From contig OZ242214.1 in assembly GCA_965206595.1 (NCBI GenBank), positions 1,216,001 through 1,280,000 of the forward strand: 64,000 nt of DNA, given 5' to 3'. Under the pieces are notes generated by a model. It was given only the letters and a program-made list of their open reading frames with translations. It made no database searches and had not been told where the DNA came from. This stretch comes from Candidatus Latescibacterota bacterium (GTDB taxonomy: Bacteria > Latescibacterota > UBA2968 > UBA8231). Positions 31,352 through 41,768 of this stretch are shown here, in pieces (position 1 is the stretch's first letter; every line of letters starts with the position of its first letter). The position numbers and the translations under genes were made by a program.

Positions 31352-31555
31352 ATGGCTCGACATGCTGACTACGACCCTTTCGCATGGGTCTACAACCAGC
31401 ACTGGGGGTTCTACGCCTCCCGCGTACTCCCCATTCAGCGCGGCGAGCCGCAGGCTGCTCTGGCAGTGTACCGCGAATTCGTCAAGACCGCTAAGCCCGA
31501 TGACGGACGTCTGAGCGACGTGCGCATGCGCATCGCGCAGCTGGAGTCGCGGTGA
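31352..31555 (+). pseudogene. Chimeric fragment: SAM-methyltransferase N-terminus plus TPR-like C-terminus
   Basis: DYDPFAWVYNQHWG followed by GEPQAALAVYREFV...VRMRIAQLE. Confidence 0.45.
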
Positions 31556-33279
31556 GCGGCAGTAGTGAACGCGCCCTGAGGTTGATGCTCCCGGCGCTGC
31601 TGGGCGCCGCATCGCTGCCGGCCGGCGAGGGCAATGCGCCTCCCCCGGCGCAACAGACGCCGACCTTCGTCGATGTAGCCGAGGAGAGCGGTGTGGACTT
31701 GCTGACGTTATCGGGCACGCCGTACAAGGCCTACATCGTCGAAAGCACGACGGGGGGCACGTCTGTTTTCGACTACGACAACGACGGCGACGTCGACATC
31801 TACATCGTCAATGGCTCACGGCTGGCCGGCTTCGCAGAGGCTGCCGCACCGCGCGCCACGCTCTATCGCAACGACGGCAACTGGCGTTTTTTCGATGTCG
31901 GGGCTACGGCCGGCGTCGATCACGCCGGCTGGGGCATGGGTTGTACGGCCGCCGATTACAACGCTGATGGCTGGCTCGATCTCTACCTGACCAACTACGG
32001 GCCCAACGCGCTCTACCGAAACGGCGAGGGCCGCTTCCTCGACGTCGCCGCAGAGGCCGGTGTGGCGCACGCCGGGTGGGGCTCGGCGGCGGCTTTTGCC
32101 GACTTCGACGGCGACGACGATGTGGATTTCTACCTGACCAATTACGTGGATTTCGACCCTGACTACACACCTCCCGACTCCAGTTTGTGTCGCTGGCGCG
32201 GGCTCAGTGTCTTCTGTGGTCCCGTCGGCCTGCAGGGGGCGGCAGACGTCTTTTACCGCAACGACGGTCCGCAGAGTTCATGGTCCTTCTCGGTGGCCAG
32301 CGCTGAATTCGGACTCGCCGACTATCGGTATTACGGCCTGGGAGCCCTGGCGGGCGATTTCGATAACGACGGAGACCCCGACCTCTACATCGCCAACGAC
32401 TCGACTCCGAACGTACTCTACCGCAACGACGACGGACGTTTTCACGATACGGCTCGGATCAGCGGCGTTGCGTACAGCGAAAACGGTCTGGAACAGGCGA
32501 GCATGGGAATCGCCGCCGCAGACTACGACGCCGACGGCGATCTCGACCTGTTCGTGACAAACTTCGCCAACGATAACAACACACTGTATCAGAACATGGG
32601 TGGCGGTTTCTTCTTCGACACCAGTTTTGCGGCCGGGCTCGGGGCCGCGAGCTTCACCGAGCTCGGTTGGGGTGCCGGTTTCTTCGACGCCGACAACGAT
32701 GGCGACCAGGACCTGTTCGTCGCCAACGGCCACGTCTACCCGTCGGTGGACGACCACGGGGTGGGATCGAGCTACGGGCAGCGCAATCAGCTGTTCGAGA
32801 ACGGCGGCCATGGCGTGTTCAGCGACGTGACAGACAGCGCCGGACCCGGTTTCGCGATCGCCGAATCGAGCCGAGGGTCTGCGTTTGCCGACTTCGACAA
32901 CGATGGCGACCTGGACCTCATTGTAGTCAACCTCGATTCGCGACCCACGTTGCTGCGCAACGACGGGGGGAACCGCGGCAACTGGTTGAAGGTGCAGTTG
33001 CGCCAGCCGGGTCATAACACCCAGGCCATCGGCGCGCGCGTGACCGTGCTGGCCGGAGGGCGATTACAGATGCGCGAAGCCCGGGCGGGGGCCAGCTATC
33101 TGTCGCAGAACGACGCCCGGCTGCACTTCGGACTGATGACAGAGCAGGTTGACCAGCTGACGATTCGCTGGCCCGGTGGTGAAAAAGAAATGTTCACAGA
33201 GGTTCCGGTGAACCGCTTCATTGAGATCAGGCGCGGCCACGGCCTCGTCGTGCGCCCATCGAGCGCTACGGAGCCATGA
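31552..33279 (+). CDS. CRTAC1-family protein (FG-GAP/VCBS repeats plus ASPIC/UnbV domain)
   Basis: Multiple DxDNDGDxDxYxxN repeats. AIGARVTV...SYLSQND.RLHFGL...IRWPGG. Confidence 0.92.
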   Translation: MSGSSERALRLMLPALLGAASLPAGEGNAPPPAQQTPTFVDVAEESGVDLLTLSGTPYKAYIVESTTGGTSVFDYDNDGDVDIYIVNGSRLAGFAEAAAPRATLYRNDGNWRFFDVGATAGVDHAGWGMGCTAADYNADGWLDLYLTNYGPNALYRNGEGRFLDVAAEAGVAHAGWGSAAAFADFDGDDDVDFYLTNYVDFDPDYTPPDSSLCRWRGLSVFCGPVGLQGAADVFYRNDGPQSSWSFSVASAEFGLADYRYYGLGALAGDFDNDGDPDLYIANDSTPNVLYRNDDGRFHDTARISGVAYSENGLEQASMGIAAADYDADGDLDLFVTNFANDNNTLYQNMGGGFFFDTSFAAGLGAASFTELGWGAGFFDADNDGDQDLFVANGHVYPSVDDHGVGSSYGQRNQLFENGGHGVFSDVTDSAGPGFAIAESSRGSAFADFDNDGDLDLIVVNLDSRPTLLRNDGGNRGNWLKVQLRQPGHNTQAIGARVTVLAGGRLQMREARAGASYLSQNDARLHFGLMTEQVDQLTIRWPGGEKEMFTEVPVNRFIEIRRGHGLVVRPSSATEP

Positions 33280-33783
33280 TAGTTCCCGGAGGCTACGGCT
33301 CGACGACTTCGATACGCCGGTTAGGCTCCAACGGGCCGCGAACTACCTGATGCTGCCCGGACAGCCAGTCCACCTCGACGCTGTCGACGACAGCCGCATC
33401 GCCCAATCCGAAGTAGAGCGGATACAGACTCTGAGACAGGTACCCCGACTGCCCGTCGTACACTTTGGTCAGGATGCGGCCGCCGGCGTTCAGGTCGACC
33501 CGGTCTGGATGGCCGCCGCCCTGCGCCAGATCGGCCCGGACGGGTTGGCCTACTGGCCTCGGCTCCCGTGGGTGAATGCTTCTCGCCGCGGTCTGGCCGG
33601 AGACTCACAAGCGGTACTACAGCAACATCATGCAGGTATGGAGGGATGCCCAGAACGGGAACATGCCGATCCATGAGGCCGGCTCGCGGCTCGAGTACGT
33701 CGACAACGATGGGTCACCTGAGTGGGATGAGCTGCAGAAACGGGCGCAGGAGGGTCCGGTCTTCTCAGCAGTCTAGATAGTCC

Positions 33784-35730
33784 GTGCCTCGCAAACAGCT
33801 GTCCCTCCGCGCCGTCGCCACCGGAGCCCTGCTCTCCCTCGGCATCAGTGTGTTCTTCGCCTGGGCCCGCCTCGGCATGGCCACGACCGGCATGTCGGCC
33901 GACTACATCACCGCCGCCGCCATTTTCTTCTTCTTCGTCCTGACCGCCGCGATCAACCCGCTGCTCAAGCTCGTTCGTCTGTCGTGGGGGTTTGACCGCT
34001 CAGAGCTCATCGTCATCTACATCATGATGATCGTGGCTTCGGCGATCCCCACGTGGGGCTTCACGGCGAACCTGATTGCCCTGCTGCCATCGGTCTTCTA
34101 CTACGCCACACCGGAAAACGAGTGGGCCCAGCTCCTGCATCCCCACGTGACCGAGTGGCTCGTGCCGCAGGATCCGGAGGCCATCAGGTACTTCTTCGAG
34201 GGCCTGCCAGCGGGACAGCCCATCCCCTGGAGCGCCTGGATGACGCCGCTCCTTGCCTGGGTCTCCTTCATTCTCTCCATCTACCTGATGATGATCACCA
34301 TCATGATCATCATGCGCCGCCACTGGGTCGAGCACGACCGTCTCACCTTCCCGTTGCTGCAGCTGCCGATGGACATGACCGAAGAGGGTGAGCCGGGGTC
34401 GAAACTGACCCCTTTCGTCAAACAACCTCTCATGTGGGTCGGTTTTGCGCTGCCATTCCTGCTGTTGAGCACCTCGGCTCTCAACCACTACTACCCCTTC
34501 ATCCCCGAGATCTCGCTTCGGCACTCCGTTCCCCTCTTCGGCAACGCCATGGTGTTGACGACAAACGTCAACTTCATCGCCCTCGGCCTCTCCTATTTCC
34601 TGAGTCTGGACGTCTCTCTGAGTGTGTGGCTTTTCCACCTGCTCGCAAAAACCCAGATCGCGGCGGAAAGCCTCCTTGGCTTCAGCCTTCACGGACGCCG
34701 CGATCTGTTCACGGAGGGATCACTTTCAGTTGCTTACCAGGGAATGGGCGCCATGCTCGTTTTCGTCCTGCTCGGCCTGTGGACGAGTCGCAGTTACCTC
34801 AAGCAGGTGTGGGCCAAGATCACCCGCGATGAGGGAGCTCTCGAGGACGGAGACGAACTGCTGTCCTATCGCGCCGCCGCCGTCGTCCTGACCCTGTCGG
34901 CGCTGTATGCCACCGGCTGGCTGACCGCTGCCGGCGTGCCGCTGCCCGTGTCCATCCTCTTCATGGCCGTCGCTTTCGCCATCTTCTACGGTCTCGCCCG
35001 CATCGTCGCCGAGGGTGGCCTCGGGTTCGCGCGGGCCCAGATGACGGCCCAGCCATTTGTCATCAACGCCGTCGGCACCGAAATGATCACCGCGCCCGGA
35101 CTGGTAACCCTCGGCTTCAGCTACTGCTGGGCCGGAGACCTGCGCACCATGGTCATGGCCTCCGCAATCAGCGGCATGAAACTCGCCGACAGCGGCAACG
35201 TCCGCGGCCGGCTCCTGATGTGGGCCATGCTGCTGGCCATCATCATTGCCCTCGCCGGCTCAGTGGGTATGCTCGTCTGGATGGGGTATCGCTACGGCGG
35301 TATCAACCTCGACTGGTGGTTCTACAACCGCTTCGGCGAGATTGTCCACTCAGATTCGGCGCACAAGATCGCCAACCCGATTGAGCCGCTGGAGCAGTGG
35401 TCCGTCATCGGCCCTCGGTATCTCTTCGCTGGAATCGGGGCAGCGGTCATGGGGTTCCTCATGTGGGCCCGCCACCACTGGGTATGGTGGCCGACTCACT
35501 ATCTCGGCTTTCCCATCGGCGCCACGCTGATGATGAACTGGACCTGGTTCAGCGTATTCCTCGGATGGGTGCTGAAAGCCCTCATCCTGCGCTACGGCGG
35601 AGTTTTCCTCTACCATCGCCTGCGGCCCCTGTTTCTGGGGCTCATCCTCGGACACGTCTTCGTGTCCGGTTTCTGGGTGATGTTCGACTTCGTCACAGGC
35701 GAGACGGGGAACGAGATCCCCGTCTACTGA
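33784..35730 (+). CDS. Polytopic membrane protein, DUF6785/DUF6784 (second paralogue)
   Basis: YYATPENEW, HWVEHDRLTFPL, WWPTHYLG, RPLFLGLILG. Confidence 0.82.
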   Translation: MPRKQLSLRAVATGALLSLGISVFFAWARLGMATTGMSADYITAAAIFFFFVLTAAINPLLKLVRLSWGFDRSELIVIYIMMIVASAIPTWGFTANLIALLPSVFYYATPENEWAQLLHPHVTEWLVPQDPEAIRYFFEGLPAGQPIPWSAWMTPLLAWVSFILSIYLMMITIMIIMRRHWVEHDRLTFPLLQLPMDMTEEGEPGSKLTPFVKQPLMWVGFALPFLLLSTSALNHYYPFIPEISLRHSVPLFGNAMVLTTNVNFIALGLSYFLSLDVSLSVWLFHLLAKTQIAAESLLGFSLHGRRDLFTEGSLSVAYQGMGAMLVFVLLGLWTSRSYLKQVWAKITRDEGALEDGDELLSYRAAAVVLTLSALYATGWLTAAGVPLPVSILFMAVAFAIFYGLARIVAEGGLGFARAQMTAQPFVINAVGTEMITAPGLVTLGFSYCWAGDLRTMVMASAISGMKLADSGNVRGRLLMWAMLLAIIIALAGSVGMLVWMGYRYGGINLDWWFYNRFGEIVHSDSAHKIANPIEPLEQWSVIGPRYLFAGIGAAVMGFLMWARHHWVWWPTHYLGFPIGATLMMNWTWFSVFLGWVLKALILRYGGVFLYHRLRPLFLGLILGHVFVSGFWVMFDFVTGETGNEIPVY

Positions 35731-35933
35731 TCTGAGGGTTACCCGCTTCTGTTGGCGTCCCCCTCCCACGGCCCATCGGGGTAGGCGTAGCGGACGCTCA
35801 GTTCCGCGTCGGTTAATTCGAGGGGAATCTCACCGGCAATCCGCCCATTCCTCCGCCCCACGTCGGATCTGTATATCGCCCTGCAAGAATCGGAGCGGAA
35901 TTTATGTCGGGTTTATAGAGACGAATAATATGG

Positions 35934-35999
35934 CATCGGGCTCACAGTTGCCGGCTCCGCTCTGTTCAGACCGGGTCTCCGGCAATTGTGAGCCCGATG
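35934..35999. repeat. 21-bp inverted repeat between convergent genes (terminator or REP-like hairpin)
   Basis: catcgggctcacagttgccgg / ccggcaattgtgagcccgatg, 20/21 complementary. Confidence 0.7.
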
Positions 36000-36006
36000 T
36001 GTAAAA

Positions 36007-36987
36007 TCAGACGGCTGCTGTGTATTCGAGTTCCAATCCCCGGTAGACCGTTTCCGGTGTAAGGCCCGCCTTTTCGAGACACTCGGCGATGAACCGGATT
36101 TCTGAATCGGAGAGTTTCATCAACGGGGGCCTGACACCCGCGTAGCTCAAGCGCCCCAGCAAGACCAGCGCTTCTTTCATGCGGTTGTGCATGTCGAGAA
36201 GCGGCTCGCGGTAAAAAGCCCGGACCATGTGGTAGATCCGGTCGTTCACGGCCTGGGCAAGGCCAAGGTCTTTGGATGTCACGGCCTCCCACAGGGCTAC
36301 CTGGAGGTCGGCAATCACACTTCCGGCGCCCGAAAGTAAGCCGTCGCATCCCATGACGCAGGAACCGAGCAGCCACGCGCTGTGGGTGGTCAGCACATTG
36401 ACGGGCCGGTCCAGGGCGTGCAGCTCTCGAATGTGTCTTTCGTGCAGGGCGCCGTCGTTGCACCAGTCCTTGATGGCCCGAATGGTGGGGAATCGCTGGC
36501 AGAGATCCAGCAGGGTGTCGAGCGGATATCCGAACCCGCCGCCCAGGGGATACTGAAACAGGATGATGGGCAGCCGGGTTTGTTCGACGATACTTTCAAT
36601 GTGACGGATTGCCATTTCCGGCCGAAGTTGCCCGCCAAAGGCCGTGCTTGTGGCCGGGAAGACCAGCAGGCCATCGGCGCCCAGGTCCTCCGCCATTTTC
36701 CCAATGTGTCCAGCCTCCAAACTGCTTCCGGTATACACACCCGCCACAATAGGAAGTTGGCCGTCCAGTTCGTCCACAGCGATACGGATGCCCTCCTTCT
36801 GTTCGTCGAAGGTGAGCGCGTGGATCTCGGCGGCGTGGCCGTTTACCGTTATTGCACTGATCCCGGCGACGGAGGCCAGATCACGCAGGTGGTTGCGGTA
36901 GGCGGGCCCGTCGATGGCCAGGTCCGTGTCAAAAGGCAGGAGACAGGCCGGTATGACGCCGGACGGAGTGAATTCGTGATCAGACAT
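36007..36987 (-). CDS. Dihydrodipicolinate synthase (DHDPS/NAL) family aldolase
   Basis: GVIPACLLPF, NGHAAE, GADGLLVFP, ILFQY, AIKD, GLLSG, VRPPL. RBS gaggag. Confidence 0.88.
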   Translation of the reverse strand: MSDHEFTPSGVIPACLLPFDTDLAIDGPAYRNHLRDLASVAGISAITVNGHAAEIHALTFDEQKEGIRIAVDELDGQLPIVAGVYTGSSLEAGHIGKMAEDLGADGLLVFPATSTAFGGQLRPEMAIRHIESIVEQTRLPIILFQYPLGGGFGYPLDTLLDLCQRFPTIRAIKDWCNDGALHERHIRELHALDRPVNVLTTHSAWLLGSCVMGCDGLLSGAGSVIADLQVALWEAVTSKDLGLAQAVNDRIYHMVRAFYREPLLDMHNRMKEALVLLGRLSYAGVRPPLMKLSDSEIRFIAECLEKAGLTPETVYRGLELEYTAAV

Positions 36988-37115
36988 TCAGAACTCCTCT
37001 CGTTATCCGTTTGGAACTCGAATTCGCGGCTTGAGCTCAGTCGAGCCTCACTGACCGCCAGGCCGGGCTGCCTCTGCGAGACCATGGTGATCACTGACTA
37101 CGGCTCGTCTGACCG

Positions 37116-37148
37116 TAAACACCTCTGAGTTCACCCTCATCGATGTCG
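37116..37148. repeat. 33-bp direct repeat, copy 1
   Basis: taaacacctctgagttcaccctcatcgatgtcg, identical at 38798-38830. Confidence 0.9.
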
Positions 37149-37290
37149 AGATGCGCCTCGCACACCCTCACTCAAGCCGCACCGCGCGCCAAGCAGCTCT
37201 CGACCGAGCCAGAATTTCGCTGTAAACTAACGATCTCTTTAGGCGAAACAGATTCCGGCGCTCCTCGCTTAGGAGCAGAAAACGGAACCC

Positions 37291-38766
37291 CTACAGTCCC
37301 AGCCTTTCGTACTGTTCCACCGGCGCGTCGCACTCCTCCATCAAGGTGCGCAACAAACCGGTCATCCGCTCCTCTGCCTCCGCATCCTCTAGCGGCTGTT
37401 GCTGCCAGGGATCGCTGTGGAGATCGAAGAGCAGGTTCTCGAAGCTGAACCGCGGTGACTCCCACTGGCCGCTCGTGCGCATGAGCGAACACCCCTTGGT
37501 GAATGAGAACGGCTCGGCCAACTTCAGGCCGGCGAACTCTTCTACCGGAAACATGTCGTGCATATTCGTGGGCATCAACGTGTACTCGTGCAGCGGCCCG
37601 TTGTCCGCCGTCGCGGCGGCGCGCATGTACACGTATCGTCCGTCGGTGACGTTCACGTGGCCGCCGTGGATTCCGAAGATCCCCGCCTCCCTCACCGGCC
37701 GGTCCTCGGCAATCGCATAGCGCAGTGGCACGCCGAGCATGTCCGGCGTCAGCTCCAGGCCGAACAGGTCGAGTAGCGTCGGCCCCAGGTCGATCGATGG
37801 TTGCACGAGTGCCGAGCGCCGCTCGTTGCCGGCGCCACAGCGCGGGTCCCAGATGAAAAACGGCGTGTTCCCCGTCTCGCGGTACCAGGGCATCGACACC
37901 TTGGCCCACAGGTCGTGCTCTCCAAGCAGGAACCCGTGATCGGTCCAGACGATGAGCATAGTGTCCTCCCACATCTCCAGACGATCCATCTCGTCGAGCA
38001 CGTCGCCGAGCCGGGCATCACACATGCTGAGAAGCGCCGCGTAGTGCCCGCGGCACTGCTGTACGAGGTCTTCCGATTCTGTCACCTGTCCGTAAATGGG
38101 CCAGTCGAGCAGCGGCGCCGAGCGCTCTTTGATCAGCTCGGGGTAGAGGTCCTGGTAGTGTCGTTGGGTGAAGAACGGCTCGTGCGGATCGAAGGTCTCG
38201 ATCTGCAGGAACCAGTTGTCTTCCTCATGGTTGCGGCGCAGGAAGTCCAGGCCGGCTTCGAAGGTCTTTGACTGCGGCTGCTCCTTCTCGCTGCGCATGA
38301 AGGCGCGGTTCACCCGGTCCTGATTGTTCCATTGGCTTTTCCCTGAATTCTGGCCGGCGCTGCTGACCGGCGGCGCCTCGGCGACCTGGCCCATCCATGG
38401 GTCTCCTTCCTGGCCGCGGTGGAACTGCCATGTAGTGTACTGCGTGTGGTAGGTTGCACCCCCGGTTCCCCAGTAGTGGAGGTGGTCGCTGATCAGGTGC
38501 GAGGAGACGCCCTGCTCTCTCAGCATCCTCGGTACCGAATCGTCGAATGGCTCGAGCGGCCCCCACGACCGGTGCAGGAAGTTCGGCCGACCCGTGTGCA
38601 GGTCGCGACGCGCCGGCATGCATGGCATCGAGCAGATGTAGCTCTTGTCGAAGATGACCGTGCGCTCTGCCAATTGCTGGAAGTTCGGCGCATGCGTCCA
38701 GTCGCAGCCATAGGGCGGCAGCATGTGCCGGTTGAGCGAGTCGAACATCACCATCACTGCTCTCAT
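37291..38766 (-). CDS. Formylglycine-dependent sulfatase
   Basis: MFDSLNR, CMPARRDLHTG, DPHEPF, TDHG, LFDLHSDP. RBS aggag. Confidence 0.92.
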   Translation of the reverse strand: MRAVMVMFDSLNRHMLPPYGCDWTHAPNFQQLAERTVIFDKSYICSMPCMPARRDLHTGRPNFLHRSWGPLEPFDDSVPRMLREQGVSSHLISDHLHYWGTGGATYHTQYTTWQFHRGQEGDPWMGQVAEAPPVSSAGQNSGKSQWNNQDRVNRAFMRSEKEQPQSKTFEAGLDFLRRNHEEDNWFLQIETFDPHEPFFTQRHYQDLYPELIKERSAPLLDWPIYGQVTESEDLVQQCRGHYAALLSMCDARLGDVLDEMDRLEMWEDTMLIVWTDHGFLLGEHDLWAKVSMPWYRETGNTPFFIWDPRCGAGNERRSALVQPSIDLGPTLLDLFGLELTPDMLGVPLRYAIAEDRPVREAGIFGIHGGHVNVTDGRYVYMRAAATADNGPLHEYTLMPTNMHDMFPVEEFAGLKLAEPFSFTKGCSLMRTSGQWESPRFSFENLLFDLHSDPWQQQPLEDAEAEERMTGLLRTLMEECDAPVEQYERLGL

Positions 38767-38797
38767 GATATCTCCTGTGGATGAACCCGTCTTGGGC

Positions 38798-38830
38798 TAA
38801 ACACCTCTGAGTTCACCCTCATCGATGTCG
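38798..38830. repeat. 33-bp direct repeat, copy 2
   Basis: Identical to 37116-37148. Confidence 0.9.
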
Positions 38831-38959
38831 TGAGGCGGATTTCAACTCGATCCTCATCCTTGGCGACGCAGCGACCGCGCGGCAATGCCAGGTGAGGTAT
38901 TTCTGCGACAGGACACTGATATGTATTGACCCTTGTCAACCCCTCCGAGGTGGATTTTT

Positions 38960-39205
38960 CGGTAGTTACCTTTGCCTTGGTTTTTTGCCGGGAACAGAAG
39001 GGACGACTTTGGCGACGGTTGATCCGACTGATATTCGCGGGTTGGGTACCGCCTGTCCTGGGTTCGTCGCGGAGCCAGCCTCAGTCTAGTGTCGAGGGTC
39101 ACCCCATAGGGCGCCTCATAGTGTCTTCGAGGGTTCTCCTAACCAGTCCCTTCTGTCCCGGTCCGTTCACATGAGCAATCCCACTCCGTTGCCTGAAACC
39201 TCGCT
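38960..39205 (-). ncRNA. Putative bridge/seek RNA of element C
   Basis: Two internal-loop hairpins carrying AAGACACUA and CUAG (target) and AUAUCAG (donor). Confidence 0.7.
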
Positions 39206-39209
39206 CCTG

Positions 39210-40340
39210 TTAGGCGGCCTTTCTGACTGTGCTGCCCGGTTGTTTGAGCTCCCAGGCGATGGCCCAGATGAAACCCAACAGGTCGCGCGCAACGGCGGTG
39301 CAGACCTTGTTCTTCGGCATCCCTCGCGCCGTCAACCGGCGGGATAGCGTCCACACAGTCGTTTCTGCGCCTTCCAGGCGATCGCCTGTACCGCCGGGGT
39401 CGTCTGCTCGGCTCGCCGCTGCAGGTGCGCGGTCTTGCGGGCCGGAAACCGATTAGCTCCAAGCCGCTTCGGCCAGCACCCGCCGCACGTGGGCATTGCC
39501 CGCCTTGGTAATCGCACCCCGCTGCCGGCGACGGCCGCTGGAATGCTCGCTGGGCACCAGACCGACGAAGGCCATCAGCTGGCGCGGCGAATCAAAGCGG
39601 GTGAGGTCCCCCAGTTCCGCCAAGGTCGTGATCGCGGTCAGCGTGTTCACCCCGCGCAGCGCCATGATGGCGCGGGTCTCGGCTTCCCGCGACCAGCCCG
39701 ACAGGGTGCGCTGCAATTCCTCGTCCAGCCCCTTGACGCGAGCCTGGGCTTGGCGCACCGCGTCGACGTATTCCTCAAAGACGATCTGCTGGGCCGGAGG
39801 ATCGAAGCGCTGCCTCTCGAGCCAGCGAAAGTGGCTCTGCGTCCAGCGACCGCGACCCGAGTAGATGCGACCGTGGCGCTGCAAGAAGCTGGTCAGCCGT
39901 TGGCGCACGCGGCGCTCGGCATGCTTGAAGTCTTCCCGGCAGCGCTCCAGATCGCGCATCGCCTCCTGCTCCGGGTCAGGCACCCACACCACGGTCAGCT
40001 CGCCGTGTCGGTGCAGCCGCGCCAGCGTCATCGCATCCCGCCGATCGGTCTTGATGCGGTCGCCCGGACGCCGCGGAATCAGCGACGGCGCCACCACCAT
40101 GCACGCGTGACCCAACGCGGTCAGCAGCCGGTAGACGCCGTAGCCGCAGGGGCCGGCTTCGTAGCAAAACCGCAACTGCGTCGATGCATCGGCCAACGTG
40201 CCCGCCAGCTTGGCCACCGCTTCGCCCGTGGAGGCGATGGTACCGTACAGCCTCGGCTCGGTCCGATACGGATCGGCAATGGCGACGGTGATGGAATCCC
40301 GGTGTATGTCCAACGCTACCACTTTCGTAGGTTTACGCAT
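39210..40340 (-). pseudogene. IS110-family transposase, frameshifted near the C-terminus
   Basis: ALDIHRD, CYEAGPCG, KTDRRDA, GLVPSEHSSG, ITKAGNAHVR. Indels near 39454 and 39340. Confidence 0.88.
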
Positions 40341-40456
40341 GGCCTCCTCCTTCTCGCTGGGGATAGGTCTTTGGGTGAACTGCATTTGTCCAAAGATAAC
40401 CCCCGAAAATCGAGACTGGAGGAGGTCTTCATATACGCGTCAATACATAAGGTCTA

Positions 40457-41704
40457 GTGGTTCAACTAGGTAGCAGTGCGAGGTAGAGTCGCTTGAGTTT
40501 AATGCGTGCATCCGCGGTGGTGAACCGCCAGTTGATGACGGGCGGGTCTTCGAGGCGCTCCGTGAGCCAGGCTTTCACGTGTTTTCCTAACTGCTGGATC
40601 GTCGCGATGCGACGATTGAGGCACTGCCGAAAGAGCACGTTCAGTCCGATCTCGGCCATGTTGAGCCAGCTGCCGTGTGTAGGGGTGTAGTGAATGTCGA
40701 GTTTGTCAGCGATGCGCTTGGCTTCGTCCGGTTCGAAGACCTCGTAAAGGGCCGCCTTCTTATGGGTGCTCAAGTTGTCGATCACCAGCGTGATCTTCTC
40801 GGCCTCAGGGTAATGGACATCGACGAGATCCCTGACGGTGTGAGCCCAGTCCCTCATCGTGCGCTGTTCACTCACTCGGACGTGGCAGCGACCCGTGAGG
40901 GGCTCCAGCATCATGAAGACGTTGGCAACCCCGTTGCGGACGTATTCATGGTGATACCGCGCCGGACACCCCGGCGCCACCGGCAAGGGCTGCTGCGTTT
41001 CGCCGATCAACTGCTTGCAGGTCTCATCCAAGCAAATCAGCGGATGGCTCGGGTCGTACGGCCGTTGATAGATCTCCAACACGTCCTCCATCGCGCAGAC
41101 GAACTCGGCACTGGGTTTGCCCGGCAGGCACCACATCTCCCGCTGCCAGGGCTTCAGTTCTTTTTTTTAGCGTTTGGCGGACCGTTTCCGGGCTGACGCT
41201 GTCAACCAGCTCCAAGGTCACGAGGCGGTCTGCCAGCAACTTCAGGGTCCAGTGCTTCCTTCCCTCGGGGGGCTCGCCGCAGGCCAGAGCCACCAGATGG
41301 GCTTCGGCTCTGCCGTCGATCTTCTTCGCTTTCCGATTCTTCTGCTCTTTGCGCTGCAGCGACGCCTCGAAGCCCTCTTCCACGAACCGCTTGCGCAGAC
41401 GCTCCACTGTGCTCGGATGCACGTCGAGCGCGCGTTCGATCTGCTCATCGGTCCAGTGCTCACCATGCGGACCCTGGTCCGTCTTCAACAGGATCCTGGC
41501 ATGCCGTTGTTTGTAGGCCGCCGCCTTCCCCTTCGAGATCAAATCGCGCAGATGAGCTCGCTCCTCCGCTGTGAGCGTGACAATGTACTTTTTCTTGGGC
41601 CACGTCGATCTCCTCTCCTGACAAAGGGGCCTCAGGAGAAGGATACGATCCCCGGCCTCAAAACGCTAGTTCCAATATCCATCAATCCTAACTGGATGAA
41701 CCAC
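40457..41704 (-). mobile_element. IS630-family insertion sequence (two ORFs joined at an A8 run, 41161-41168)
   Basis: TIRs gtggttca, TA duplication at 40455-40456 and 41705-41706. HTH ORF, plus a DDE ORF at 40462-41136 (LDE, DNLSTH, SWLNMAE). Confidence 0.93.
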
Positions 41705-41768
41705 TAGGAGAGTTCGTGATTATGAAACGTGAAACGATTGGTTGGTCAGGTCGGCCAATTACAATAAC

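Larger units (their letters stand above)
38916..40455 (-). mobile_element. IS110-family element with IS1111-type layout (sub-terminal IRs, long 3' non-coding end), element C
   Basis: 11-bp sub-terminal IR tatgtattgac (38920-38930) / gtcaatacata (40439-40449). CT core at both ends. Outward-facing TTGACA at 38934-38939 (minus strand). Confidence 0.88.

Noticed and set aside
37116-38830. CRISPR array based on the 33-bp repeat
   Set aside because: Only two copies 1.7 kb apart, no spacer periodicity and no cas genes.
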